A stretch of DNA of 37,064 bases from a bacterium (lineage in GTDB: Bacteria; UBP15; UBA6099): assembly GCA_022709505.1 (NCBI GenBank), contig JAKLIR010000001.1, positions 1 to 37,064 of the forward strand, given 5' to 3'. The notes beneath the pieces were generated by a model that searched no databases, was not told where the DNA came from, and saw only the letters and a list, made by a program, of their open reading frames with translations. The position numbers were made by a program, and so were the translations under genes. Below are positions 7,625 through 15,744 of the stretch, piece by piece; position 1 is the stretch's first letter; every line of letters begins with the position of its first letter.

Positions 7625-9082
7625 TCAAAAAGATAGTTGATAAACGGTTATAGCTCCGGACTTTCCTTTTACGACTGCTTCGTGTTTTCGTTCGACTTTC
7701 ACGCTGTCTTTTACTCTTGCGAATGTCGGTTCCCCTATGAGAATGGGGATGCCCTTGGATGTGGAGAGAGTTTTTATGCGGGCCGCCGTGTTTACGGTGT
7801 CGCCGACGATCGTGTATTCCATGCGGCGGATGCTTCCGATGTTACCCGCGATAACCGCGCCGCTGTTGATCCCGATGCAGACGTTGAACGGTTGCATTCC
7901 GTCGCGTTCCCAGCGCGCATTGAGCATGTCGAGCTTACGATGAAGTTCTCGCGCGCAGGAGATGGCTTTTCGTTCGCTGTCGGGGTTTGCCAACGGCGCG
8001 CCCCAGAAAGCCATTATGTTGTCGCCTATGAATTTATCGAGAGTGCCGTCGTACTCGAAAATGGTGTCTATGGCGGTCGAGAAATATTCATTGAGCCTCG
8101 AAAGCAACTCTTCCGGAGGCAATGTCTTCAAGAGAGCGCTGAAGTTGGTGACCTCCGTGAACATGACGGTTACATCGCGGACTTCGCCTCCGAGGTCGAG
8201 TTTGTCCGGATTCTTGAGAATTTCCTCGGCAACCGTGTGAGACAGATAGGAAGAGAAGGTGTCTCGAATCCTGTTTCGCTGAATCTCATGCTGGATTCTG
8301 CCTCGAAGTTTTTCTCCGAGATCGAGAGCGTTTTCCACTGACTGTTTTATTGCGATGAGATATGGCAGTCTATCCTTTTCGAAGTAGTCGTCGGTGGAGT
8401 TTGCGATTGAGATGACACCTCGGGCGCGGTCGCCGTATTCGAGAGGGAAAACCGCAAGTCTGGAAACGCGTTCCTTTTGGTTCTCGGGGCCGTAGTAGGT
8501 CAAGCGTGAGTCCCGCGCCGTGTTCGTACTCGCCATGAACTCGCGCGTTTCGGCCACGGTATAGAAAATGTGCCCCTCCGGGAGCGGTTCGAGGTCTGGA
8601 TTCTTTCGAGGTCTGAGTTTTCCGTCTTCTCCGAACATGAAAGTCTCGACCTCATCCGATTTGCCTGCATCCGCGAAAAAGGCTTCAAGGGTCGAAAGAA
8701 GACTGTCTTCTTCAACGCTCCTGCGCATAGACTGTATCAGGTCGGTGGTTTGTTGCAGCGTAGCCGAGTTTTCCCTGCTTTTCCGAAGTATGTGCCCGAA
8801 CACCACGGAAAAGATGGACACTATTATCGCCACCAGCACAACTTCCACTCCGAACCCGAAGCCGCCGGCATATTGCATGGCGAACAGAGGCCCCTCCGCG
8901 AGCACGAGGATTATTGCGATGGATATGGCGCTTGTGCGGCGGTAGTTGACGCCCGCGTAAATGATGGGCGCCGCGATCAGCAGGCGCGTCCAGCCGACAA
9001 GATTCCAATTGTATTGATGAAATGCATATATAACCGCGAGCGAAGATATGCAAAGAAAAATGAGCGTAGCGATTTTCTTCAT
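7625..9082 (-). CDS. cassette 2 gene D: membrane-anchored GAF-like class III nucleotide cyclase, C2-like variant
   Basis: 485 aa, aligning without gaps to the 1787..3244 product. It has the same key residues: VTVMFTEVTNF (E310), DKFIGDNIMAFWGAP (K350, D354) and MEYTIVGDTVNTAARI (T424, N431, R435). It shares an ATGA overlap with the upstream gene at 9079-9082. Confidence 0.9.
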   Translation of the reverse strand: MKKIATLIFLCISSLAVIYAFHQYNWNLVGWTRLLIAAPIIYAGVNYRRTSAISIAIILVLAEGPLFAMQYAGGFGFGVEVVLVAIIVSIFSVVFGHILRKSRENSATLQQTTDLIQSMRRSVEEDSLLSTLEAFFADAGKSDEVETFMFGEDGKLRPRKNPDLEPLPEGHIFYTVAETREFMASTNTARDSRLTYYGPENQKERVSRLAVFPLEYGDRARGVISIANSTDDYFEKDRLPYLIAIKQSVENALDLGEKLRGRIQHEIQRNRIRDTFSSYLSHTVAEEILKNPDKLDLGGEVRDVTVMFTEVTNFSALLKTLPPEELLSRLNEYFSTAIDTIFEYDGTLDKFIGDNIMAFWGAPLANPDSERKAISCARELHRKLDMLNARWERDGMQPFNVCIGINSGAVIAGNIGSIRRMEYTIVGDTVNTAARIKTLSTSKGIPILIGEPTFARVKDSVKVERKHEAVVKGKSGAITVYQLSF

Positions 9083-9984
9083 ATAAGTCCGTAGATCAGA
9101 AGCAGATTGGACATCGCCGTGAACAGGCAGGCGGAAGGCAGAGCGCTCCTGAACTTTCTGAATGTGAGATGTGTGGTGAGGGCCATGATGCAGGTGATGG
9201 CCGCGAACCCTCCGAAAGACTGTGCCGGTGGTGTGGATGTCGCGATTCCCACGAGGAGGAAGACGGGCGCGTTCAACGCCGCCGACATTATTCCGAGAGC
9301 AAGAAGGATGCTGATGGGCGACAAACCCAGAGTTTTCAGCCTATTCCATACTATGTGAAAGAAACCGAAGATCGTGATGTACATGGGAAATACCTGCACT
9401 GTATTGAAAAAGACTCTCCAAGGCTCAAGCCTGAATTTGAACCCGTAGTTACTCACGCCCCATGCGAAGTAACCCGCGATTGTAACGGCGAGCAGCAGCC
9501 CCGTGAGCAAGTGAATGTGCATGTTTTTTTTAGCGAAGCCCATGTCTTTCATCATGCCGGGATCGGACCACATCCAGTAGATCGGAAGCCATAATCCCAG
9601 AACGATGATAAAGCCGGCGAGAACCGGCTTGTGGTAAAACACAGTGTTCCATGTTTGGAATAAGATTGTATTGCCGATCAGCATCAGAGAGTGCTTTTTG
9701 TCGAGTTTTCCCGCAATACGAAGCGCACTTCCGAACATGAGAACATAGTACACTCCGACGAGGACGTCCTTCTCTTCTACGCTAATGATTTTTCTTGAGT
9801 AGAGAATTGAGAGAATGCCTGTGATGATGCCTGCGACTGCTAAAACCGCGGATGCTTTTGTAATCAGATTTTGGCTGAAGATACCGTGGTTCGCCCATAC
9901 TTCACCGGAGGCTTCGAGCACGTGAATGGAAGATGCGGTGCGGGCCGCGCAGTGGATGTTTTCGTGATTTGCCGTCTCTTTCAT
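9079..9984 (-). CDS. cassette 2 gene C: polytopic integral membrane protein of unknown function
   Basis: 301 aa and a paralog of the 3241..4152 product, sharing the motifs listed there. A 16-nt spacer containing AGGA separates it from the upstream gene. Confidence 0.8.
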   Translation of the reverse strand: MKETANHENIHCAARTASSIHVLEASGEVWANHGIFSQNLITKASAVLAVAGIITGILSILYSRKIISVEEKDVLVGVYYVLMFGSALRIAGKLDKKHSLMLIGNTILFQTWNTVFYHKPVLAGFIIVLGLWLPIYWMWSDPGMMKDMGFAKKNMHIHLLTGLLLAVTIAGYFAWGVSNYGFKFRLEPWRVFFNTVQVFPMYITIFGFFHIVWNRLKTLGLSPISILLALGIMSAALNAPVFLLVGIATSTPPAQSFGGFAAITCIMALTTHLTFRKFRSALPSACLFTAMSNLLLIYGLI

Positions 9985-10000
9985 TTATTAGGACATCCTA

Positions 10001-10855
10001 TTAAAAGACTACGGTCTGAAGGAAAAGATAATAGATAACGTAGGCGGCAAGAAGGGGCCTTGTCGAACGGAAGAAATTGAAAGCCAGACCGAGTGAAGCT
10101 TGAGATGCGATGGCTTGAAGTACAGCGCCCGCTATCATGTAGTGGACCTTCATGTTGTGGCGGCCGATCAGCGATAGCATCCAATATACCGACATGATGG
10201 TTGTGTTAAGTGCGATAGGCGCCGTAACTTCATAACGCATGTCGAGAAAGCGCCGCATTAGCAGTCCCAGCAGTATGCCCCAGAATGGGAAGTAGTAAAG
10301 CGTGCATATAGATAAGTGCAAAAGATATTTTGTCACCGGAAGAACTTCAAAACCACTTTTTCTTATTAATACCTGACCAATCCATGTGTATGAGATAAGA
10401 ACGCCGGCTATCAAAATCGTGAAGACGATCTCGATAATGGGTTTTGAACTGCCTGTATAGCCGAGTTCGGCGAGCACATGCGGAGCGGTCCTGTTCGCCA
10501 TCGCGAGGCAGATCAGGGACACGGGAATGAGTGCAAGAAAGAAATACGAAGCGCCGAGGGTGACGGAAATGGTCGCGGCGGCGTAGAGAGCGGCGGCGGC
10601 GGCGTACCAGAGCCAACCTGAGGCGGGCATGCCCCCCGCGAGCGAAAATGAGGCGGGGATCATATATATAAGGAATAAAAGAATGAAGAATATATCTCTG
10701 TTAGGTCCGGGGGTGAATGAAACCGCTCCCACCACCTGCATCACTCCTAAAGGAATGAAAGTAATGAGGCATCGACGGAATAGCCTGTCTGACAGGATTC
10801 TGAATCTCTGTAAACCGGGGTAGTAGTTCTCATTCGATTTGAAATATATATTCAT
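10001..10855 (-). CDS. cassette 2 gene B: polytopic integral membrane protein of unknown function
   Basis: 284 aa and a paralog of the 4149..5000 product, sharing NYYPGLQR, LGYTG, RRFLDMRYE, FFRSTRP and YYLFL. It shares an ATGA overlap with the upstream gene at 10852-10855. Confidence 0.8.
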   Translation of the reverse strand: MNIYFKSNENYYPGLQRFRILSDRLFRRCLITFIPLGVMQVVGAVSFTPGPNRDIFFILLFLIYMIPASFSLAGGMPASGWLWYAAAAALYAAATISVTLGASYFFLALIPVSLICLAMANRTAPHVLAELGYTGSSKPIIEIVFTILIAGVLISYTWIGQVLIRKSGFEVLPVTKYLLHLSICTLYYFPFWGILLGLLMRRFLDMRYEVTAPIALNTTIMSVYWMLSLIGRHNMKVHYMIAGAVLQAIASQASLGLAFNFFRSTRPLLAAYVIYYLFLQTVVF

Positions 10856-12375
10856 GCATTCTCCGATATCGGCGTGAACAGCTTTCCGTATTCTTCGGGG
10901 GCGCCGGTAATGGAAGTCAGCCGGACGCCGGACGCGCGAGACGCGGTTTCGGACACTATTATCTTTGCGTCGAGATTTTTCGTCAGAGCCTCCAAGCTCA
11001 TTGCTTTTTCAACTTCCTCACCCATGATAGTGAACGCTTTCTTCCTTTCATCGCCGATGTTGCCCATGAGCACCCTGCATGTGTGGATTGCTATGCCTGT
11101 CGCATAGGCGGGCATTCCACGCTCGGCCCAAGAAACGTTGAGCGTTTCGAGCGCCCGGGCCATGGCGGCCGCAGCCTTTATCGCGTTCGCTGCATGCATG
11201 GGATCAGGCGCCGGCGCTCCCCAGTATGCAATGATGCAGTCGCCTATGAACTTGTCTATCGTTCCTTTGTTGTCAAAGACGACGTCCACCATAGCGGTGA
11301 AGTACTCGTTCAACTGCGTCACGAGCTCGTGAGCGGGGATTTTTTCGGACATGGCCGTGAAGCCCCTTATGTCCGACACGAGCAATGTTATCTCCTTCCA
11401 GTTCCCAGCGAGAAGGTCCGGATGTTCGAGGATGTAGTCCGCCACTGTGGAGGAAACGTATCGGGAGAACAATTCCCTCATTCGTTCCTCCCGCATTATT
11501 TCCTCCTGCCGGTTTTTTTCCTGCACCATATTGTGGATTGCGTCTCCGGATGTTTCCGCTATGGTTTTCGCGATCTCGAGGTCTTTTTCGGAAAAGTTTT
11601 CGCCGTTCTTTTTGTCGGTGAGGAGGATTGCGCCGTAAACGTCGTTCTCGTAAGAGACGGGTATGGACATGAATGATTTCAAATAATGCGCGGGAGCGTC
11701 GAGAGACAATCGGGAATCGTTTGCGGCGCTGTTTGTGGCGAGGGATGTGTTATTCCGGACGCTCCACAGCAGAACGTTATCTTGCGGAGGAGAGGAGTCG
11801 GGTATGTGTTTTTCATCGTCGTAAGGGCTTGTTATGCGCCAATCCGAGGAGCCATCCACACTGTGTCGCACGAGCGCCGCGCATCTCGTTGCCTCAGTGA
11901 GCGAGGCCGCCGCTTCGCATGAGCGAAGCATGACGGACCTTTCATCGGGCTCCGCGAATAACTCCATGAATATTCCGGATAGATCTTCGACATATCTGTG
12001 GGTTTTGCGCGCCTCGCCGACTGTGCCGCCAACTACCACGCCGAATAAAGTGTACAGAACAAGGAGTGCGATGGATGAATAACTGTCGAACTGAAACATT
12101 GCGTTCGGCGTCTGCACGGGAAGGATCGGCACGAAAAGAAAAAGGGACAGCAGGCTTAACATTATGCCGCCGCTATATCCGAACGCCGCGCCCGCCTGAT
12201 ACAGCGGGATCAGCAAGAAAAACCTAAGATGGTTGTGGTACGGCCACGCCATATAAAGAGAAACTATTATGATTATATAAATCAGTGCAAACTCGGCAAG
12301 AATAAAAGCCCATCTCGTTTTGTCAGAAATTCTTCGCTTTCCCTTTTTTGGGGTTTTCTTATTCACGCGCGTCAC
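10852..12375 (-). CDS. cassette 2 gene A: membrane-anchored GAF class III nucleotide cyclase homolog, C1-like variant
   Basis: 507 aa with a GTG start immediately after an in-frame stop. The GAF-like block reads SFMSIPVSYENDVYGAILLTDKKNGENFSEKDLEIAKTIAETSGDAIHN. The cyclase domain reads ITLLVSDIRGFT (D335), IDKFIGDCIIAYWGAP (K375, D379) and AFTIMGEEVEKAMSLEA. The Asn position is E456 and the Arg position is S460. Confidence 0.88.
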   Translation of the reverse strand: MTRVNKKTPKKGKRRISDKTRWAFILAEFALIYIIIIVSLYMAWPYHNHLRFFLLIPLYQAGAAFGYSGGIMLSLLSLFLFVPILPVQTPNAMFQFDSYSSIALLVLYTLFGVVVGGTVGEARKTHRYVEDLSGIFMELFAEPDERSVMLRSCEAAASLTEATRCAALVRHSVDGSSDWRITSPYDDEKHIPDSSPPQDNVLLWSVRNNTSLATNSAANDSRLSLDAPAHYLKSFMSIPVSYENDVYGAILLTDKKNGENFSEKDLEIAKTIAETSGDAIHNMVQEKNRQEEIMREERMRELFSRYVSSTVADYILEHPDLLAGNWKEITLLVSDIRGFTAMSEKIPAHELVTQLNEYFTAMVDVVFDNKGTIDKFIGDCIIAYWGAPAPDPMHAANAIKAAAAMARALETLNVSWAERGMPAYATGIAIHTCRVLMGNIGDERKKAFTIMGEEVEKAMSLEALTKNLDAKIIVSETASRASGVRLTSITGAPEEYGKLFTPISENA

Positions 12376-12538
12376 TTAGAAATTTTCTTTCCCGACAGAG
12401 TATCGCCGGTGTGATTCACTCGCATGACGTTGTTTCCGAGGATATCCCGGCCGGAAAATCTAATTTCATGATTAGACTTTCTCTTTTCCATTCTTGTATT
12501 AAAGGATAAATATATTTATTGATTCACTTCATCATATT

Positions 12539-12553
12539 GCGAATACCGTGCCG
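12539..12553 (-). promoter_or_regulatory. candidate sigma-54 (-24/-12) promoter upstream of cassette 2
   Basis: The reverse complement reads CGGCAC-GGTAT-TCGC, against the consensus TGGCAC-N5-TTGC. The GG and GC dinucleotides are correctly spaced. It is very similar to the strong site at 18960 (TGGCAC-GGAAT-TTGC). It lies about 165 nt upstream of the GTG start at 12375. Confidence 0.3.
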
Positions 12554-12966
12554 ATTTCAACTAAAATCCTATTGATAATTTGTTGTTATGTCAAAAAGCG
12601 AAATCAAATAGCGGTAATTCGCGTGGCTTCAAAACGATATTCCATGTTGTTCGGAAAGAACGATCGCTTTCGCATATCGTCAATAAATATGCGCTCATCT
12701 CTATGAGCTGTTTCATTCTGAAACGAAAATGTTTTGTATAAAGCTTGTCGTATATGCGTCTTGCGAACAAGAACAATATTTGATATTGTTTGTTGAATTC
12801 AATTACCGAAGAGATGAAATGCTTAAGCAATATCCATGTTGAGCAATTGCGCTCGGATGGAGCAGTTCGATGTGAAGAACTTCTATGTTCCGGATAATAA
12901 GCAACCGGAAGATAAGAGTAGGGCGTAGTCGACGTTTTTCACTGTGGATCGGGAGGTAAAACGAAA

Positions 12967-13815
12967 ATGAAGGAAAGGGAATGTATCCTCATTTTTGAGC
13001 CTCACCCTGACGATGTAACGTTTCAGATCGCCGGGAGCGTGTACAAGTGGATGTCGCAAGGAAAGGACGTCCATATCTGCACAGTGACGACCGGGAACAG
13101 ATCAACGTTCGATATCGATACAACTTCCGAAGACATAAAGCGCATAATGGCAAAGGAGCATGCCGGCGCCATGGAAATTCTCGGAATAGCGCCGGACAGG
13201 TTCACGCAGTGGGACTACGATGATCTCGGGCTCGACTGCGGCCGAGACAGGCTTCGCCTTCTCGAAGACATGGTAAAGCTGATCAGAAAGGTTAGGCCGG
13301 CGACCGTTGTCACAATGGATCCGAGGAACCAATTCGACGAGGAGAACCCTGACCACCGGCTTGTGGCTTCGGTCGGATTCGACGCAGCCGCAATGGCTGC
13401 AAACCCGAACGTCATGCGCGAACAGTTCGATGATCCCGAGGTCTCGCGGCACTTCGTCGCGCGCGTGCTTTTCTACATGAGCCCTCAACCGGACGTCTTC
13501 ATAGATATCGCCGGCGCTCCAATAGACAAAAAAATAGAACTCGGCCTTGTCTATGATTCGCAACTGAACTTGATGATGATGGAGGGGGAAGGTCGTCTTG
13601 CCGCTCTCGGGGTGGAGTCACCCATTTTCAGCATGCCGAAGGATGTCGTCTGGCCGCAGGTCTGCAACGCCATCGCAGCCGACATTGCGACCGAGTGCGT
13701 GAAGATGTACCCGAATCGGAAGAACGTCGTGCTTGCCGAAGCCTTCAGGCTTCAATATCTCGGGATCGTCCACAAGCTCAAAGATATGCTGCCCGAAGAT
13801 GCGGCGCTTATGTGA
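12967..13815 (+). CDS. PIG-L/LmbE-family N-acetylglucosaminyl deacetylase
   Basis: 282 aa. The N-terminal ILIFEPHPDDVTF carries the PHPDD metal-binding motif. A downstream ENPDHRLV provides the HPDH-type motif. A GGGAGG ribosome-binding site lies about 10 nt upstream of the ATG. Confidence 0.8.
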   Translation: MKERECILIFEPHPDDVTFQIAGSVYKWMSQGKDVHICTVTTGNRSTFDIDTTSEDIKRIMAKEHAGAMEILGIAPDRFTQWDYDDLGLDCGRDRLRLLEDMVKLIRKVRPATVVTMDPRNQFDEENPDHRLVASVGFDAAAMAANPNVMREQFDDPEVSRHFVARVLFYMSPQPDVFIDIAGAPIDKKIELGLVYDSQLNLMMMEGEGRLAALGVESPIFSMPKDVVWPQVCNAIAADIATECVKMYPNRKNVVLAEAFRLQYLGIVHKLKDMLPEDAALM

Positions 13816-13987
13816 AGAGCCGGGACTGGTCGTAAATTTATGATAAGAAAACGGCGGTGCCCACCATATTGAGAAGTTTTCGAATAAGGTCATTTATTGT
13901 ACTTAAACAAAATACCAATATCGGGAACGGAAACATACTCATGTTTTCGCGAACCTCCGATATTAAAGAACCGGAAAGGAATCTGCA

Positions 13988-15517
13988 ATGAAAAAAATGA
14001 AATACGGCATCTTGCTCGCCTGCTATGTTGTAATGTTCGCAATGTCATCAGTCGCGGTGTGCGTGGAGATCGAGCATCCGGGAAAAATAAGTGTAGTGGG
14101 GAAGAGTGGAGCCGGACGGTTGTTAATGATGGAGACACCCAAGGGAGAAGTGAGTGTGGCGGTCCTGAAGGGCACCCATTACGAGATGGGGAAACAATAT
14201 GGGGTGTTATTGGGACCGAAGATAGCCATGATTGTGAAGAGCATGGGCATCGGTATGGTTCTGGACGGTGAACATTCCAAGGTGGAACTTGATCGGCTTG
14301 TCAAGTCGGTGTGGAGCGTGATGACACCGCATATTCCCATAAAATTCAAAGAAGAAATAAAAGGAATAGTGGCCGGTGCGCGAGAGGCGGGAGTCGAATT
14401 GACGCAACTTGAACTTATCACTCCGTTGTTGATCGCGAACATAAGCGATATGAGCGATAAGAATTTGTTGTTAAAAGAATACTCCTATTTGTTGCCCAAG
14501 TTGAACGAATTGGCGTACACGTGCTCCGCATTCGCCGCGTGGGGCGAGCGAACCGAAGAAGGAAAACTCTTTTCCAGCCGGGTGCTGGACTGGAAGCCCG
14601 GCACGGGCACCGATAAATTCAAGCTGATAACGGTTTACGAGCCGGTTGATGGCAACGGGAAAAAGCTGAACGCGTATATGACGGTGGGTTATATCGGTTT
14701 CATCGGAGCTACGAACGGAATGAACGACAAGGGCATAACAGTGTCCGAGATCGGCTCGGAGAACAAGGTCGAGAAATTGGACGGTATGCCGTGGACTTTG
14801 ATGTTCAGGCAAGTGCTGGAGGACTCGAACAGTCTCGACGATGCGATTAAAATCGTGCGCGACGCGGAAAATACAATCGGGTACAATTTCGTGATAGGGG
14901 ATGGTGATGCGGAGAATTACGGGCGCGAAGCTTGGCGGCCGCGGGCGGCGGCGGTGGAGGAGAACGGTGAATATACTGCGGTGATGTATGACGATGATCC
15001 CGTGGACCGCGATGCCGTCTGGCGTGATTCCAACGGGAAGGAAATTCTTGTGAAAGGCGCTCCGGTGCATTACGGAACTCCGTTGAAACAGGCGGTCCTG
15101 AGAGCGGATGTGGCCATGAACCCCGATGTGCGGAAAACACAAATGGCGGACCACGGGCCGGGGAATGCGGACGGCGGCAAGAATCCGGTCGAAGGCGGAT
15201 CTTATCGTGATCGCCACAAATCTCAGTATGATGCTTTGACGGCGCTCGCCGCCGGCGGAGAGTTTCGTAATCCATATACCAAGGAATTAGTTTTCAAGCA
15301 GACAGGCGTAAAAAAGCTGATCGATGCTCAAACCGCTCTTCAATTAGCTTCCGCCGTGGCGATACCGGATCAGAATGTTCTATCGATTGTTTACGCCGCA
15401 ACCGATCTCGATTTCTACGTCTCTTGGGAGAATACCTCCGGCGCCGAATGGCAACCGGCATTCAAAATGCCGTATCTGAAATTGAAGATGAAGGATATAT
15501 CGGACAAGGAATGGTGA
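13988..15517 (+). CDS. secreted C45-family peptidase/acyltransferase (Ntn-hydrolase fold)
   Basis: 509 aa. The signal peptide is MKKMKYGILLACYVVMFAMSSVAVC. GTHYEMGKQYGVLLG is a typical C45 N-terminal block. YTCSAFAAWG supplies the candidate self-processing nucleophile Cys. Confidence 0.6.
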   Translation: MKKMKYGILLACYVVMFAMSSVAVCVEIEHPGKISVVGKSGAGRLLMMETPKGEVSVAVLKGTHYEMGKQYGVLLGPKIAMIVKSMGIGMVLDGEHSKVELDRLVKSVWSVMTPHIPIKFKEEIKGIVAGAREAGVELTQLELITPLLIANISDMSDKNLLLKEYSYLLPKLNELAYTCSAFAAWGERTEEGKLFSSRVLDWKPGTGTDKFKLITVYEPVDGNGKKLNAYMTVGYIGFIGATNGMNDKGITVSEIGSENKVEKLDGMPWTLMFRQVLEDSNSLDDAIKIVRDAENTIGYNFVIGDGDAENYGREAWRPRAAAVEENGEYTAVMYDDDPVDRDAVWRDSNGKEILVKGAPVHYGTPLKQAVLRADVAMNPDVRKTQMADHGPGNADGGKNPVEGGSYRDRHKSQYDALTALAAGGEFRNPYTKELVFKQTGVKKLIDAQTALQLASAVAIPDQNVLSIVYAATDLDFYVSWENTSGAEWQPAFKMPYLKLKMKDISDKEW

Positions 15518-15744
15518 CTTTGCGACGAGACGGACATTCCTAAAGGTAATTTACCGAATTTCCCTGTTCGAGCAAAATAATGGCAGATGAAATGAACCTG
15601 CCATTCCTGAATATCGCAACTTTCCAATTCATATCGATGATAGATGAGTATTATGCTATACAGGGTCTTCACTCAAATGAAGATTGTCGCGCTTCATGAT
15701 TGTATTGAGTTTGAGGGAGCTCATCAGGATACTGTATAATATCG

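Noticed and set aside
1787-12375. The cyclase cassettes as a Pycsar- or CBASS-like antiphage signalling system, with cyclase plus TM effector.
   Set aside because: Pycsar cyclases are small and soluble, and their TM effectors carry a cNMP-binding domain. Here the cyclases are membrane-anchored GAF proteins with purine-type Lys/Thr specificity residues. The membrane proteins have no soluble nucleotide-binding domain. The architecture fits sensory signalling better, though only a homology search could exclude the defence idea fully.
1787-12375. The duplicated region as a mobile element or a recent segmental duplication.
   Set aside because: There are no terminal inverted or direct repeats and no transposase or integrase. 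The copies are diverged to about half protein identity, with no extended nucleotide identity.
12591-12830. A 79-aa minus-strand ORF in the AT-rich intergenic region upstream of cassette 2.
   Set aside because: It has no ribosome-binding site. Its Phe/Ile/Lys-rich composition reflects AT-rich DNA, and it lies where promoter or enhancer DNA for cassette 2 is expected.
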